The translations under genes were made by a program, and so were the position numbers. A model generated the notes under the pieces. That model was given only the letters and a program-made list of their open reading frames with translations, did not search any database and was not told the origin of the DNA. 64,000 nucleotides of DNA, from positions 2,688,001 through 2,752,000 of the forward strand of contig OZ241986.1 of the NCBI GenBank assembly GCA_965204375.1. Reading direction: 5' to 3'. The DNA is from Candidatus Latescibacterota bacterium. GTDB taxonomy: Bacteria; Latescibacterota; UBA2968. Below are positions 11,513 to 22,600 of this stretch, in pieces (positions within the stretch are counted from its first letter, which is position 1; each line of letters begins with the position of its first letter).

Positions 11513-12514
11513 TCAATAAATCTGAATTGGATCGGGAATAAAACACAAAACAAAAATAGCCAAGGACGCGTACCCAATCCATCGCCGGGCGGGATCCAGT
11601 TCAACATCGGGATTTGCAGGCGGCGGATGATGCCGCCCCATCAGCGCAGCCAATCCCAACCACACCAGCCAACCGACCCAGCGGGAATCATACCAGGCCC
11701 TGAACACAGATTGTGCATCCCACCAGTGGTAAGGCGGTGCCAATAACCACATCAGAGCCAATCCCACCATTGTCGCCCGAGAAATTAACTGGTGTTTCCC
11801 ACCAAAAATCGCATATACAATATGCCCGCCATCAAATTGTCCCATCGGCAACAAATTCAACACCGTCACAAACAATCCCAACCAGCCCGCAAAAGCCACC
11901 GGGTGCAACATTATCGTGTAGCCCTCAGGCAGATCGCCAATAACCCAGTTGCCCAACCAGCCCGACAACAGGGAATGACCCAGTGCGAGTGTCCCTGCTG
12001 ACACATCCCGCGCTTCCATGATTTTCGACATGTGCAGACCAGCACTCCACGCAATCACCGACATCACAAATCCGGCAATAGGCCCAGACGCGCCAATATC
12101 GATAAGCGCCCGTCGGTTGGGAATTTGAGACCGCAATTTGATCACTGCGCCCAGGGTGCCAATAAACGAAGGGAAGGGGATAAAATAGGGCAATGACGCG
12201 CGCACGCCCCACCAGCGCGAAGTCACATAATGCCCCATCTCGTGTACGACCAAAATAATTAGCAATGTCATGGAAAACGGCAAGCCATAGACCAGATAAC
12301 GCGGATCGAAAATGCGCCAGTCTTCGAACACGGACATAGAGGCCAATTGTGGCGACATAATCATCCCCGCCACCGTCGTCGTGTACGCAGTCGCCAAAAA
12401 CAGCCCAACATGCAGCCTCAAATTCTCCTGCGTCCTGGGCAAAGCCGTCTGCGTGGGAAAATACCGATTATCATTCAAATCGTCTGACACAATCGCTCCT
12501 TCTTCTTCCTTCAC
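11513..12514 (-). CDS. Site-2 protease (M50) family membrane metalloprotease
   Basis: HEMGH and NLLPMGQFDGGH motifs; several transmembrane segments. Confidence 0.92.
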   Translation of the reverse strand: MKEEEGAIVSDDLNDNRYFPTQTALPRTQENLRLHVGLFLATAYTTTVAGMIMSPQLASMSVFEDWRIFDPRYLVYGLPFSMTLLIILVVHEMGHYVTSRWWGVRASLPYFIPFPSFIGTLGAVIKLRSQIPNRRALIDIGASGPIAGFVMSVIAWSAGLHMSKIMEARDVSAGTLALGHSLLSGWLGNWVIGDLPEGYTIMLHPVAFAGWLGLFVTVLNLLPMGQFDGGHIVYAIFGGKHQLISRATMVGLALMWLLAPPYHWWDAQSVFRAWYDSRWVGWLVWLGLAALMGRHHPPPANPDVELDPARRWIGYASLAIFVLCFIPDPIQIY

Positions 12515-12517
12515 CTT

Positions 12518-13402
12518 CTACCTTATCCCCACTGCAATGCGATGCGAATCGCCCAACCCCTGCGATGCAGGCACAAAAGCGTAATCCACCCGCCAGTTGC
12601 GCCGCGTAATACCCAGTCCAAACGACAACATGCGCGTATCGTGCCCGGTTTGAATCCCACCGCGCAAAAACAACCTGCCCATCACCCCGTATTCCAAACC
12701 AAAATTTGCACCTCTGTTGCCCACTGCTGGCAGGCGAAAATCGGCTGTTGCTATCCACGTGCGCCAGAACCACGCCACCCCCATGCGAAACACCCGGGGC
12801 AAGGGGGTGCGTGCCCGGTCTAACTGCGCCATCCGTCCCCAATTTCGATACGATGCTCCCAGCATCAAGTTCTCAGACAGGCGATACAACACGCCTCCAT
12901 CCGCGCTCATCCCCCACGCACTCTCTGGCCCGATATTTTCGTGCAATGCCCGAACCGAAAATCCCACATAAATTCGCTGCCCTATCTTCTGTGCAAAAGA
13001 CAACCCCGCATTGAGATCGTAAACACTAAACATGCCCGCAGGTGTCGCAGTCGGCTCCCGTCGCGCTTCCAATCCCCCAACCCCATAAACGCCCAAACTC
13101 AGCGCAAGGCCGCGCCTACCATTGCCATAAGCCCAGCCACCATACCCCTGCTTGATACCCTGAAACGATCGGTGGTGCGCCAGGATAAAATGTTTGCCCT
13201 GCATAGCTGCCACACCTGCCGGATTCCAAAACGCCGCCGTCTGTTCACCCACCACAGCGGTCTGCGCCTCACCCATCGCAGCAGCACGCGCACCAACTCC
13301 CTCGCGCAACAGCACAAAACCGGCCTTGCGTGCCGAAGCACTGGCCTCAGCGGAAAAAAGGCAACATGTCGCAATAAAAATGCCAAAAATAATGCGCTTC
13401 AC
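12518..13402 (-). CDS. PorV/PorQ-like outer membrane beta-barrel protein
   Basis: GARAAAMGEA and FWNPAG motifs, signal peptide, C-terminal beta strands (VDYAF...SHRIAVG). GTG start at 13402 behind AGGAGG. Confidence 0.75.
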   Translation of the reverse strand: MKRIIFGIFIATCCLFSAEASASARKAGFVLLREGVGARAAAMGEAQTAVVGEQTAAFWNPAGVAAMQGKHFILAHHRSFQGIKQGYGGWAYGNGRRGLALSLGVYGVGGLEARREPTATPAGMFSVYDLNAGLSFAQKIGQRIYVGFSVRALHENIGPESAWGMSADGGVLYRLSENLMLGASYRNWGRMAQLDRARTPLPRVFRMGVAWFWRTWIATADFRLPAVGNRGANFGLEYGVMGRLFLRGGIQTGHDTRMLSFGLGITRRNWRVDYAFVPASQGLGDSHRIAVGIR

Positions 13403-13449
13403 AAAAACCTCCTGATATAGAAATGCTCCAAAACCCAGCGTATCGAATA

Positions 13450-13544
13450 AGAGTAAGCAAACGGGCAAAATGTGTCAACCGCCCATTAGTAAAATGGACC
13501 ATCCCAAGCGCGTAATTGACAGTCTCTGATTTCCTGTTTACATT
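13450..13544. promoter_or_regulatory. Divergent sigma70-like promoter pair
   Basis: Minus strand TTGACA(13478-13473)-17-TACTCT; plus strand TTGACA(13516-13521)-17-TACATT(13539-13544). Confidence 0.6.
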
Positions 13545-13580
13545 GTGCAGAGGCTCATAGCAATTCTCATTGGAGTCATC

Positions 13581-14015
13581 ATGGCACAAGCAGAAATTGG
13601 CGACCGCGTCCAGATTTACTACAAGGGCATCCTGGAAGACGGAACCATAGCCGAAGGTACACCTGAGAACGAACCATTTGAATTTACAATGGGGGACGAA
13701 TCTGTAAAAGATATATTCACGCGCCTTGTAAACGGCATGGAAGAAGGCGACTCTCGCACGGTGATCCTATCTCCGGAAGATGCGTTTGGCCCCTATAATC
13801 CCGACTTTGTAATCGAAGTTGCGCGATCAAAATTCCCTCCTGATGCACTCCTCGAAAAGGGAATGCGCATGGAAGTACAGTCCGACCCCAATGGTACACC
13901 CATCGAAGTATCCGTCAAAGAAATAACATCCCAAACCGTTACATTAGATGGCAACCATCCCTTTGCGGGAGAAGAAATTACTATGACGATTCAATTGTTA
14001 GAGATTGTGGTTTAG
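13581..14015 (+). CDS. FKBP-type peptidyl-prolyl isomerase (SlyD/SlpA-like)
   Basis: Motifs LSPEDAFG and LDGNHPFAGE. Confidence 0.9.
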   Translation: MAQAEIGDRVQIYYKGILEDGTIAEGTPENEPFEFTMGDESVKDIFTRLVNGMEEGDSRTVILSPEDAFGPYNPDFVIEVARSKFPPDALLEKGMRMEVQSDPNGTPIEVSVKEITSQTVTLDGNHPFAGEEITMTIQLLEIVV

Positions 14016-14054
14016 TTGTACGAACGCATATCCGATGGAAAGGAACTTAGCAAA

Positions 14055-16406
14055 GTGAAAATAGATGAGACTGCACAATTCTGGAGAACTAAAAAACTTA
14101 GCGTCCGTGCATCCAATTGTCTGGCAAAAGCAGATATTGCAAACGAACAAGAGCTAATCAAAAAATTCACAACCCTTGATAGTCTAATTGCTCTCAGAAA
14201 TTGTGGCAGAAAAACAGCCGAAGAGATATGGAAATTTCTCACAAACTTAAAATTTGTCTCCAACTACGATCAGGAAACCGAAATTACATCGTTCAATTCG
14301 AGCAATAAGTATTCGCCCCAAACGCAATCGGTCTTTATCCCGCTTCTGAACATAAAAGTATCTGGTCAAACATGGGAAGCTCTTCAAAAAATTCCGGTCA
14401 ACAATATCCTATGGAGTGTTCGAACTCAAAACATTCTCCTTGTGCAAGGCTTCAAAACACTTGCCGAGATTGCTGAACTTTCCGCCAAACAATGGCTCAA
14501 ATTTAAGAATTTCCGACGCAAATCTCTGATCGAGATTCAGGAGACAGTCAATAGAATTATAGAAAACCCTGATATGTTTAATCCAGATGATGAGCATTCT
14601 GATCTGGATCCTAATCATTCTGTTAAATCACAATGGTTCTTTATACCGCTCTTAAACATAAAAGTATCTGTTCGCACATGGGCAGCTATTCAAAAGACTC
14701 CCGTCAACAGTATCCAATGGAGTGTTCGAACAAGAAATGTGATCAAGCAGCAGGGACTACAACAACTTGCCGACCTATGCCAATTTTCATCAGAGGAATG
14801 GCTCAGTTTTAGAAACTTCGGAAGTACCTCTTTGACTGAACTTCAAGTACGCTTGACCAAAACAGTCAAGCAACTTGGAGCCAATCTTGATATGCTTGAC
14901 CCGACCGATGAGGATTCTGATCCACGTCCTGAACATTCTAGCAAAGAGCAACCGCCGGTCTTTATCCCACTTCTGAACATAAAAGTATCTGGTCAGACAT
15001 GGATAGCTCTTCAAAATAGATCTATTCATCAATTAACCTGGAGTGTTCGGACCCAAAATATTCTCCTTGCACAAGACTTCAAAACACTTGCCGAGATTGC
15101 CAAACTTTCTCCCAAACAATGGCTCAAATTTAGAAATTTCGGGCGCAAATCCCTGACCGAAATTCAGGAAACAGTCAATAAAATTATAGCAAATCCCGAT
15201 GTGCTTGATCCGAAAACTGAGTATTCCGTGGAAGTATCACAGATTCAGACACTGACTGAACTCGGTCATGTGGTTTTTCAACGCCTGCAAATTCGCCAAC
15301 AGGAAGTTGTTAAATACTACCACGGTTATGACGAAACACCTAAAAACTTACAGCAAATTGGTGAATTACTTGGGTTTACTCGTGAGTACGTCAGACAAAT
15401 TAAGAAGACAGTCAACAACAAACTCAATCAGGGCGTGGACAATTATCTAATCACAACCACCATCTTCCGTCTTTTGAGCAAGTCTATCCGCTATATTCTA
15501 TCACAGTATGGCGGATTCTGTTCTGTCGAAAAACTCCAAGAAATTATTCGTCAGCGGTTGAGATGGGGAAATAGCGAACAGTGGATTATAAACTGGTTTA
15601 ATGAAGCATTCGGCGAGGCGTGGATATGCTCAGGAGCAGACGATTATAAAATTGTTGATGGTGTCTGCTATCTGAAATCGGGAGAATCCTTTCAGGACTT
15701 TTTAATACAACTCGCATCGAGACTCCAACATTACGGTTATCGACCATTGGCATTGGAAGAATGCCAAAATCTCATTGCAAAAATGGACGGAGCAGTATAC
15801 AACTGCGACAGCAGTTCAATAGCTTTCGATTCAAGTCGGTTGCTCGATGTAATTACCAGCTATCCCAGCTTAAAAGTTTATCGGTATGGTAAAACACACA
15901 TCGGACTAAAAGCATGGACCTGGTTCAATCCTGAAAAACCAATGACTGCCGCAGGACAAGCTTCACTCATCGAATGGTATCTCCGAATGACTAATGAGCC
16001 AGCCACGGCAAAAGAGATTGCCAATGGGATAGGGAGCCAACTTGGCAATTTCAGGTTGACGTCTTTCGACGTTGCCGATATTTGCGAAAAACACCCCTAT
16101 CGCTTTCAAGTTGATGACAATGGTGCCTACGGCTTACACCTTTGGGAAGAATCTTCAAAATATCGACAAGACCTCACAGAATTACTTTCAGATGAACCAT
16201 TATCTATTGAACAGATTGTAGAGGTATTATCCGCCCCAGAACCGGCTGATACGTTGCTAATTGTTGCAGCATTAAACTTTTCAGATTCGTTTGTAGAAAC
16301 GGTGCCTTTCGAGTGGGTATTAAAGCCACAGACGGGCACTATTAAAACGGAAGATGATTTCGATTATACCAATCTTACTTTTGAAGACTTAATACCTAAA
16401 TTATGA
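14055..16406 (+). CDS. Multi-domain protein: four RNA polymerase alpha-CTD-like repeats, a sigma-70 region-4 HTH and a C-terminal region
   Basis: LSVRASNCL...LRNCGRKTAEEI plus three WSVRTxN...FR/KNFGxxSLxEI/L repeats, then RQQEVVKYYHG...NLQQIGELLGFTREYVRQI. GTG start at 14055; the ORF is open from 14016. Confidence 0.8.
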   Translation: MKIDETAQFWRTKKLSVRASNCLAKADIANEQELIKKFTTLDSLIALRNCGRKTAEEIWKFLTNLKFVSNYDQETEITSFNSSNKYSPQTQSVFIPLLNIKVSGQTWEALQKIPVNNILWSVRTQNILLVQGFKTLAEIAELSAKQWLKFKNFRRKSLIEIQETVNRIIENPDMFNPDDEHSDLDPNHSVKSQWFFIPLLNIKVSVRTWAAIQKTPVNSIQWSVRTRNVIKQQGLQQLADLCQFSSEEWLSFRNFGSTSLTELQVRLTKTVKQLGANLDMLDPTDEDSDPRPEHSSKEQPPVFIPLLNIKVSGQTWIALQNRSIHQLTWSVRTQNILLAQDFKTLAEIAKLSPKQWLKFRNFGRKSLTEIQETVNKIIANPDVLDPKTEYSVEVSQIQTLTELGHVVFQRLQIRQQEVVKYYHGYDETPKNLQQIGELLGFTREYVRQIKKTVNNKLNQGVDNYLITTTIFRLLSKSIRYILSQYGGFCSVEKLQEIIRQRLRWGNSEQWIINWFNEAFGEAWICSGADDYKIVDGVCYLKSGESFQDFLIQLASRLQHYGYRPLALEECQNLIAKMDGAVYNCDSSSIAFDSSRLLDVITSYPSLKVYRYGKTHIGLKAWTWFNPEKPMTAAGQASLIEWYLRMTNEPATAKEIANGIGSQLGNFRLTSFDVADICEKHPYRFQVDDNGAYGLHLWEESSKYRQDLTELLSDEPLSIEQIVEVLSAPEPADTLLIVAALNFSDSFVETVPFEWVLKPQTGTIKTEDDFDYTNLTFEDLIPKL
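14331..15215 (+). repeat. Three intragenic repeats of about 310 bp encoding alpha-CTD modules
   Basis: TTTATxCCxCTxxTxAACATAAAAGTATCTG recurs in units starting at 14331, 14637 and 14958. Confidence 0.9.
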
Positions 16407-18046
16407 AAGGTTCACATCGCATGGTTTTGCCACAACATCAACAACCCATAACTATTCGACTTGCACGGAAAGCAGACATTGAAGGCGCGAAACGAATTGC
16501 GGACCAAAACCGATCAGAATTGGGATTTGTCAACATCGCCATTTTACAGGTAGCACAAAGCAAGGGCTGGCTACTTGTTGCAGCCGAATGGGAAGATCAG
16601 AGAAAGCATGATATGGTCATTGGCTTTGCAAACTTCCGAATTAGACAGGATAGAAATGCAACGCTGTATGAAATAGCAGTAGCTGATACACACAGGCGCA
16701 CAGGTGTCGGTACCCGTTTACTGAGCGAATTAATCCGACGTGTTCACCTTGCAGGAGGACAATATATTCGTCTCAAGTGCCCTGACGACCTAGATTCTAA
16801 TCAGTTTTACCAAAAATGCGGATTTCGGCATGTCGAAACGGAACAAGGGAAAAAAAGACGACTCCATGTGTGGCACTACCATATCCCCCCGACGCACGGC
16901 AAAGAGATAGAAACTTTCTCGATTACTTCACCTAATTCCATGGTTGATGAGAGGGAGACAAGGCATCCCATTGGATGGGAGGTCGAATCTCACATACCCG
17001 CGCATTTCTACGCTTCTTTGACTGTTTCACCGGATCAAATGAGAACATTGCACCACCTCTGGCATGAACATGCACACAATTTTGATTGGAAATTTGGCAA
17101 ATCGAATCCATTTCAACGAGTACTCATCTCGCCTGTCGTTGCTAGCAAGCAGACCTTTGATTTTGTGAGAGAACTAAAACGGACGGGTGAAACGGAAGTA
17201 GCCATGTTTGATTCTGGTGGCTATTTCGTCCAAAAGGGAGATATTTCTTACTACGATCTACATCGAAAACTCTATGAATGCTATAAGCGAGAGGATTGGG
17301 CGGATATATACGTTTTACCAGATAATCCGCCACTCAGCAAAGATTCGCTGAGTTCCGCTGAAGCGAAGATAAAACAAACTGTTGAAGGTAGCTTGCGCCT
17401 TTATAATGACCTTTCCGACACAATTCAGCAGCGGGCGATGCCCGTCGTTCACGCAACGAAAAGTGAACATCTCGACTATTGCCTGCGACATTACAAAAAT
17501 TTTAAAAAAATTGGGTTCGGCTCATTTCCCACAAGTGGGACTTCGAACTCTATCAACCGATTGAACATCAATGCACTGATGATTCTCCAACGGCTGACTC
17601 GAATGCTGAATTCTGACGGTGTTAAAATACATACTTTCGGTATTTCAACACCGCCCGCAATCTATCTGCTGTCATTGGTCGGTGTGCATTCGTTTGATTC
17701 CAATGGATGGATGCGCTCAGGTGGCTATGGCAAGGTCTTCCTACCATTTATGCGGGGTTATATGGTCACTTTTAATTCTCGAAATAATGGGAGTTTGAAT
17801 GAAGCGGAATTTAAATTATGGAAAGAAAACATACAGCATGATTGTCCGTTCTGTGATTCTTTTGATCGGCTTTCCAACAACCGATGGGATCGGATTATGC
17901 ACAATTTAATCGTTATGGCAGAATTGGAAACGCATCAGCGAACACCTCAAATGGATATGTTACAAGAGTTATCAGGAGCTTACTATCGTATGTCGGAAAG
18001 CTTAATAGGTGAAGACTTGTGGCCTATTAGTAATCACGACCTTTAA
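16403..18046 (+). CDS. GNAT acetyltransferase fused to a TGT/DpdA-like guanine transglycosylase
   Basis: N-terminal GNAT: LYEIAV...RRTGVGTRLL, NQFYQKCGF. C-terminal TGT fold: MFDSGGYFVQ, LPD, IHTFG, SFDSNGW, CPFC...HN. ATGA overlap with the upstream gene. Confidence 0.82.
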   Translation: MKGSHRMVLPQHQQPITIRLARKADIEGAKRIADQNRSELGFVNIAILQVAQSKGWLLVAAEWEDQRKHDMVIGFANFRIRQDRNATLYEIAVADTHRRTGVGTRLLSELIRRVHLAGGQYIRLKCPDDLDSNQFYQKCGFRHVETEQGKKRRLHVWHYHIPPTHGKEIETFSITSPNSMVDERETRHPIGWEVESHIPAHFYASLTVSPDQMRTLHHLWHEHAHNFDWKFGKSNPFQRVLISPVVASKQTFDFVRELKRTGETEVAMFDSGGYFVQKGDISYYDLHRKLYECYKREDWADIYVLPDNPPLSKDSLSSAEAKIKQTVEGSLRLYNDLSDTIQQRAMPVVHATKSEHLDYCLRHYKNFKKIGFGSFPTSGTSNSINRLNINALMILQRLTRMLNSDGVKIHTFGISTPPAIYLLSLVGVHSFDSNGWMRSGGYGKVFLPFMRGYMVTFNSRNNGSLNEAEFKLWKENIQHDCPFCDSFDRLSNNRWDRIMHNLIVMAELETHQRTPQMDMLQELSGAYYRMSESLIGEDLWPISNHDL

Positions 18047-18056
18047 CGGAGAAACT

Positions 18057-18899
18057 ATGGCACGGTCACACATCTTAAAAGGATTTTCAGATTTGGAGTC
18101 GGCATTGTGGGTTCACAAATACTACCCCGGACTTACAATTCGGCAAATGATCAAAAGAGCTTTGGAAAACGGTTACTCAGTAACAGATACCGCACGTTAT
18201 GAAGCAGTTCAGCTATTAAGCGAGTGGGGATTGGCGGATGGAAAAGGCCGATCATTAACTCCCGAAGGCCAGGCTTTCTATTCTCTATGGGAAACAAAAC
18301 GAAGTACCGCAATTGATTTTTTACACGGACGACAATACGGCTTATGGACCCAAAATCACCCCGACCAAAACATCGCTTCGTGGGCATATAAAAACATCTG
18401 TGACTACCTGTGGACACAGCAAACGCTTCCAGACAAAGATCGAGACCTGGTGTCTTACATCAATGATCTTCGTACTTCCGACGAAGTGGTGATTCCACCG
18501 GATACGGGTAATGCGTTCTCCAATAAGTCAATTAAAGACGCTTACGATTGGCTCCTACCATTAGATCCACCTGTCTTAGCTAACGGAGGAGTTGAGCACA
18601 GATCACTTAAAGACGCGATATTCACACAAAGAGCATTCTGTTCGACATTACTTTTTATGATGGGACTCGGTTATATTGTGCGAGAATCTGACACGGCATT
18701 TGGGGATCTGGTCAAAATTGACGATACGCGAAAACAGGCCATTTGTCGCTTCTGTCTCATCAGCGAAACCGGTTTCGATCTCATGCTTGACGAGGCACTA
18801 CGTCAGGTCTCTTACTCGTGCCTTTCGGTACAGCGGGACTGGGACGGGATTTACATGGTGTTGAATCAAGAGCCTGAGGTCAGGGACTTTATTGATTGA
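18057..18899 (+). CDS. Hypothetical protein of the defence cluster (possibly BrxA-like DNA-binding)
   Basis: 280-aa ORF with a GGAGA RBS, 10 nt after the GNAT-TGT stop. The BrxA-like call rests on context only. Confidence 0.6.
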   Translation: MARSHILKGFSDLESALWVHKYYPGLTIRQMIKRALENGYSVTDTARYEAVQLLSEWGLADGKGRSLTPEGQAFYSLWETKRSTAIDFLHGRQYGLWTQNHPDQNIASWAYKNICDYLWTQQTLPDKDRDLVSYINDLRTSDEVVIPPDTGNAFSNKSIKDAYDWLLPLDPPVLANGGVEHRSLKDAIFTQRAFCSTLLFMMGLGYIVRESDTAFGDLVKIDDTRKQAICRFCLISETGFDLMLDEALRQVSYSCLSVQRDWDGIYMVLNQEPEVRDFID

Positions 18900-18907
18900 A
18901 ATGCTCG

Positions 18908-19117
18908 AAAATTGCGATCCATTCCCTTCAAGAAGCGATCAACTATGAAGACGAAGAGGACGCTTGATTGCATTGAGATGAATGCCTTGGGCGGAACAAA
19001 TCTACAATCAAATCGCAAACCTGACACTCGAAGAACAACTAACTTTCTGGCAAGAACGACCCAAGTTGCAGTGAAAGCATCATGAAAAAAATGAGACACA
19101 AAACATCTACAAATTAA
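18908..19117 (+). pseudogene. Frameshifted copy of the small ORF at 28124, plus a PIN-toxin C-terminal relic
   Basis: Aligns by eye with about 28088-28303 (MKTKRTLDCIEM vs MKTKKTFDCVEM), then a 2-nt deletion and further indels. Confidence 0.8.
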
Positions 19118-19122
19118 ATTCG

Positions 19123-19656
19123 ATGCTCTGGCAATCTTACCATAGAAAACTGCTTGCATTGGCGGAAACCAGCGAGACTTTGACAGTTTCTCAGCAAACG
19201 GTCTGTCAGTTTTTGCGACAAGAGATTGGAGACTATCAGCAGCGTATCAATCTCTGGGGAAATCCAGGAGTCGGTAAAACGTTTCTCGTTCACCATCTCC
19301 ATCACTGTGCAGAAGGTCTCTATTTTTCATCTGTGGAAAATCGTCCAAGCACAGAAATTTCCCCAAATTCAGTGGTTATCATTGATAACGCACCATCTGA
19401 CCGAAGTTTGACGCGTTCCACCTTTGGGGATACGCTTTGGGCTGGCGCATCATCGGTAATTCTGGTAACACGCCAACCAATTGATGATGCGGTTCGGAGA
19501 ATTGAGTTGGCCCTGACAGATAGAGATAGGGCGCAAATTGAGGATGTGATGGGTAGGCTTTTCTCTCATTTGCCACCAGATAAGGTGCGCGATTTTGAAC
19601 GCTACCGCTCAGGAATTTGGGAACAACTTAAGGTGTTAGTAGAACAGGCGAGATAA
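19123..19656 (+). CDS. Small P-loop ATPase (BrxF-sized)
   Basis: Walker A GNPGVGKT; Walker B-like VVIIDN; 177 aa. Confidence 0.75.
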   Translation: MLWQSYHRKLLALAETSETLTVSQQTVCQFLRQEIGDYQQRINLWGNPGVGKTFLVHHLHHCAEGLYFSSVENRPSTEISPNSVVIIDNAPSDRSLTRSTFGDTLWAGASSVILVTRQPIDDAVRRIELALTDRDRAQIEDVMGRLFSHLPPDKVRDFERYRSGIWEQLKVLVEQAR

Positions 19657-19693
19657 AACATAGGCAAAATCCTATCGGGAGAGGATAATATAT

Positions 19694-22600
19694 ATGGCTT
19701 TAGAAGAGATCCGTCAGAAAAGAACTGTGATTGATACGCCAAGAGCATCAGACCTCGCGGCGAGACCCGACGAATGGGAAAACCGTTTTCAATTTCACGT
19801 CTCAACGCATGTCACGCTTGCAGATATGACCGATAAGTGGGATGCCATTCTTAAAAATCTCCTACAAGGGCGTTCGGCAACCGGACTCATCCATGCTGAT
19901 ACAGGATATGGCAAAACCTCAACAGCAGCCGCACTTTGGCATTATGCCGAAAAACGTGATGTAGTCACTGTGCCACCTTTTGCGTGGAATAGCATTGCTG
20001 ACATGCTCATCGCAACGCACGGTTGGGTCTGTCATCGCTTGAAGGTGACCAGACCGGATCTAATTTCTGATTTAGACCAAGAATATAAAACGCTGATTGC
20101 AAGTAGTAATGAAGATAGAGCGCTCAGAATAAGCCAAGAAGAAGAAGTTCCACTCGATTATGCTCGAAAGTCTGTCCAGTCCCTCAAAGCAAGGGGAGAT
20201 TTAACGGATGAGGTTTCCGCGAATCGTCTCATTGACTACCTGCTAAAGGCAACTTCAACGGTTCTTGAGGCAGACTACAAAGGGTTGCTTATTCTGCCAG
20301 ATGAGTTCGAACTTTTTGCCAATACGAACCCAGACATCGCCAAGAATTTTTCTGAACTCAAAGATTTTATTTTTTCGCTCTATCAAGAAGAGAATCTCCC
20401 AGTCGGCTGTGTGGTTCTGACCTACCGCCGAACATTTTCAACAATCCAAAACAGGGAACCTCACATAGTCGCACGTTTCAACCAGCCTCCAGGGAGTTCA
20501 ACGGACCTTGAGCAAGAATATGGAAAAATTGAAAACGGCAAATCTTTCGCCCACGAACTTTGGGAAAAGTTATCTATTACTTGTGACCTATCCAACGAGG
20601 AGCAAAATGCTATTGATCCAGATGTGCTGTTTGCCCTCGGACAATTTTTGGGGCATCAACGCACAACCCAACTGATTAGTGGCCCCAGGTCCGTTGTCGC
20701 GACGTTGCAACGAGCAGCTATTCACTACACTGAAACGCAACAGCCATATTCAATTTTCGATTTTTGTAAAGATTATATCTCTCAAGGCATCATCTGCTTC
20801 AACAACCAAGAAATCGACGCGGTCAAAGCCTATACCTCAATCATGAGCCAACCCATCATCGACGGTAACGAGGCGAGGCAACAAGTCGTCAAACTCCTAT
20901 GCATCTGTCCAGATGGCGTGCCGGAGGCACTTTTCAAGAAGCACAACATTTCTGATAAAGATCGCGCAGCAGTTGTGAATAAGTTATTGGGTACACACGT
21001 TATTAGAAAAATCATCGGACCGACATTAACCCACTACAAGGATGATCTGCAGGCAGGCGACGCACTCATTGAACTCCTAAAAGTCCTGAGGGATCAGTAC
21101 AACCCCGCAAGTCCAGAAACGCATCGCGCCGCTGTCAGGTCATTTGCAAATTTCATTTTACCCGAAATCTTCACTCAGACTGTAGGAGCATCCTTTACTG
21201 GTTGGGGAGGACTGAAAAAGATGGAAGGAGATATTGAACCGATATTTCAGGCTGCCTTATCGGGCAGTTCTCTCCGAGATTATCCTGATCGGACACTGAC
21301 AGTCCATGTTGGCACTGAGGAATTCCAAGAAATTAGCGGTGCCTATCGTGAAAGCCAGTTGTTCACCTCCTTTATTCTTAATACTCAGCAGGATAAGCAC
21401 ATCCCAAATACCTGTGACATTCATGCAGACAAGGTCTGTTTTCACCTCAACATCTCTGAAGCTATCGACAAACTAGAAATCCCAAAAGATATTGGCAAAC
21501 TCGGCGATCTCTTTCTCCCCGAGTCTGTTACCCCTTCGCTACTCTTGTCGATGCTCGACTTCTTTGCTCAAGAAACCACTCTTGCCCAAATCAAGGAGTT
21601 AAAACAGGACGCGCAGGTGCAACTCTTGGAAACCCAAATTCGTAACCAATTGATCGGTTACTTCTTCTCCGCTGAGGTCAAGAAAAGTGCTGTATCACAA
21701 CAGGCAGATTTAGCACAAGTGCCTGCAGGGAAAAATTTTGTTGAACGGGCTTTAGGTGTACTGATACGAAAAAAATTCAAATCATATCGTGCCATAGCGA
21801 TCTCACATCAGTGGAAAAAAAATTTGGGGATCTACATGCAGGTATTGAGAGACGCCGAAAATCTCGGAGTAAGGAGAGGTGAGGAACCGGTTGAAATGAT
21901 TGGCAGAGATGTGCCAAGGTTGTTTAATGTTGGTCAGCACACCACTTTTTCTAATACCTTCTACCCAGACGGTATTTTGCGTGATCTTTTGCTCGTCAAT
22001 GAACTTGACGTCAATGGAAAAACCGTAGCGGAAGGAGTTGAGGTTAAAAATAATCAGGGATCCGTTGCGGTATATCTCAAACTCCATGACATGGAAAAGC
22101 GCATTTTGAAGAGGCTGGAGAAAAGCGAAGAAAGCATCGTCGTTGATGGCAAGAGCACAGAAGCAATAAAATGCCACGAGATTTTCCAGCAGGAAGCAAA
22201 GTTTGGATATCTCAATGATGAAATTGAGGAGTTAATAAAAGTATTGACAGCAAGAGGATTAGTTGACCAAAAACAACAGCAAGGGAGGGATTACCTGTAT
22301 TGTGTTGAGACAGAAATCAATTTCGCCGAACTGCAAAGCAAATTCCAACGGCTTGAGGAAATTGAGGCACTGGCAAAATCAAATGGCTTCACCCCGGAAA
22401 GAGAAGGGAATAACTCGCTATCATCGGTTGGAGCAGATTTGCAGACAACCGGCATTGAGTTCGATGAAGTTCGCAAGGATTCATTACGGCAAAAACTCAA
22501 TTCCATTGAGCACGCTTTCACAACGCAGTGTGCAAGGTGGCTGGATACGGAAAAACAACGAGCCAATCAGAAACGCCATGAAATTGAGCCGTTGCGCCTT

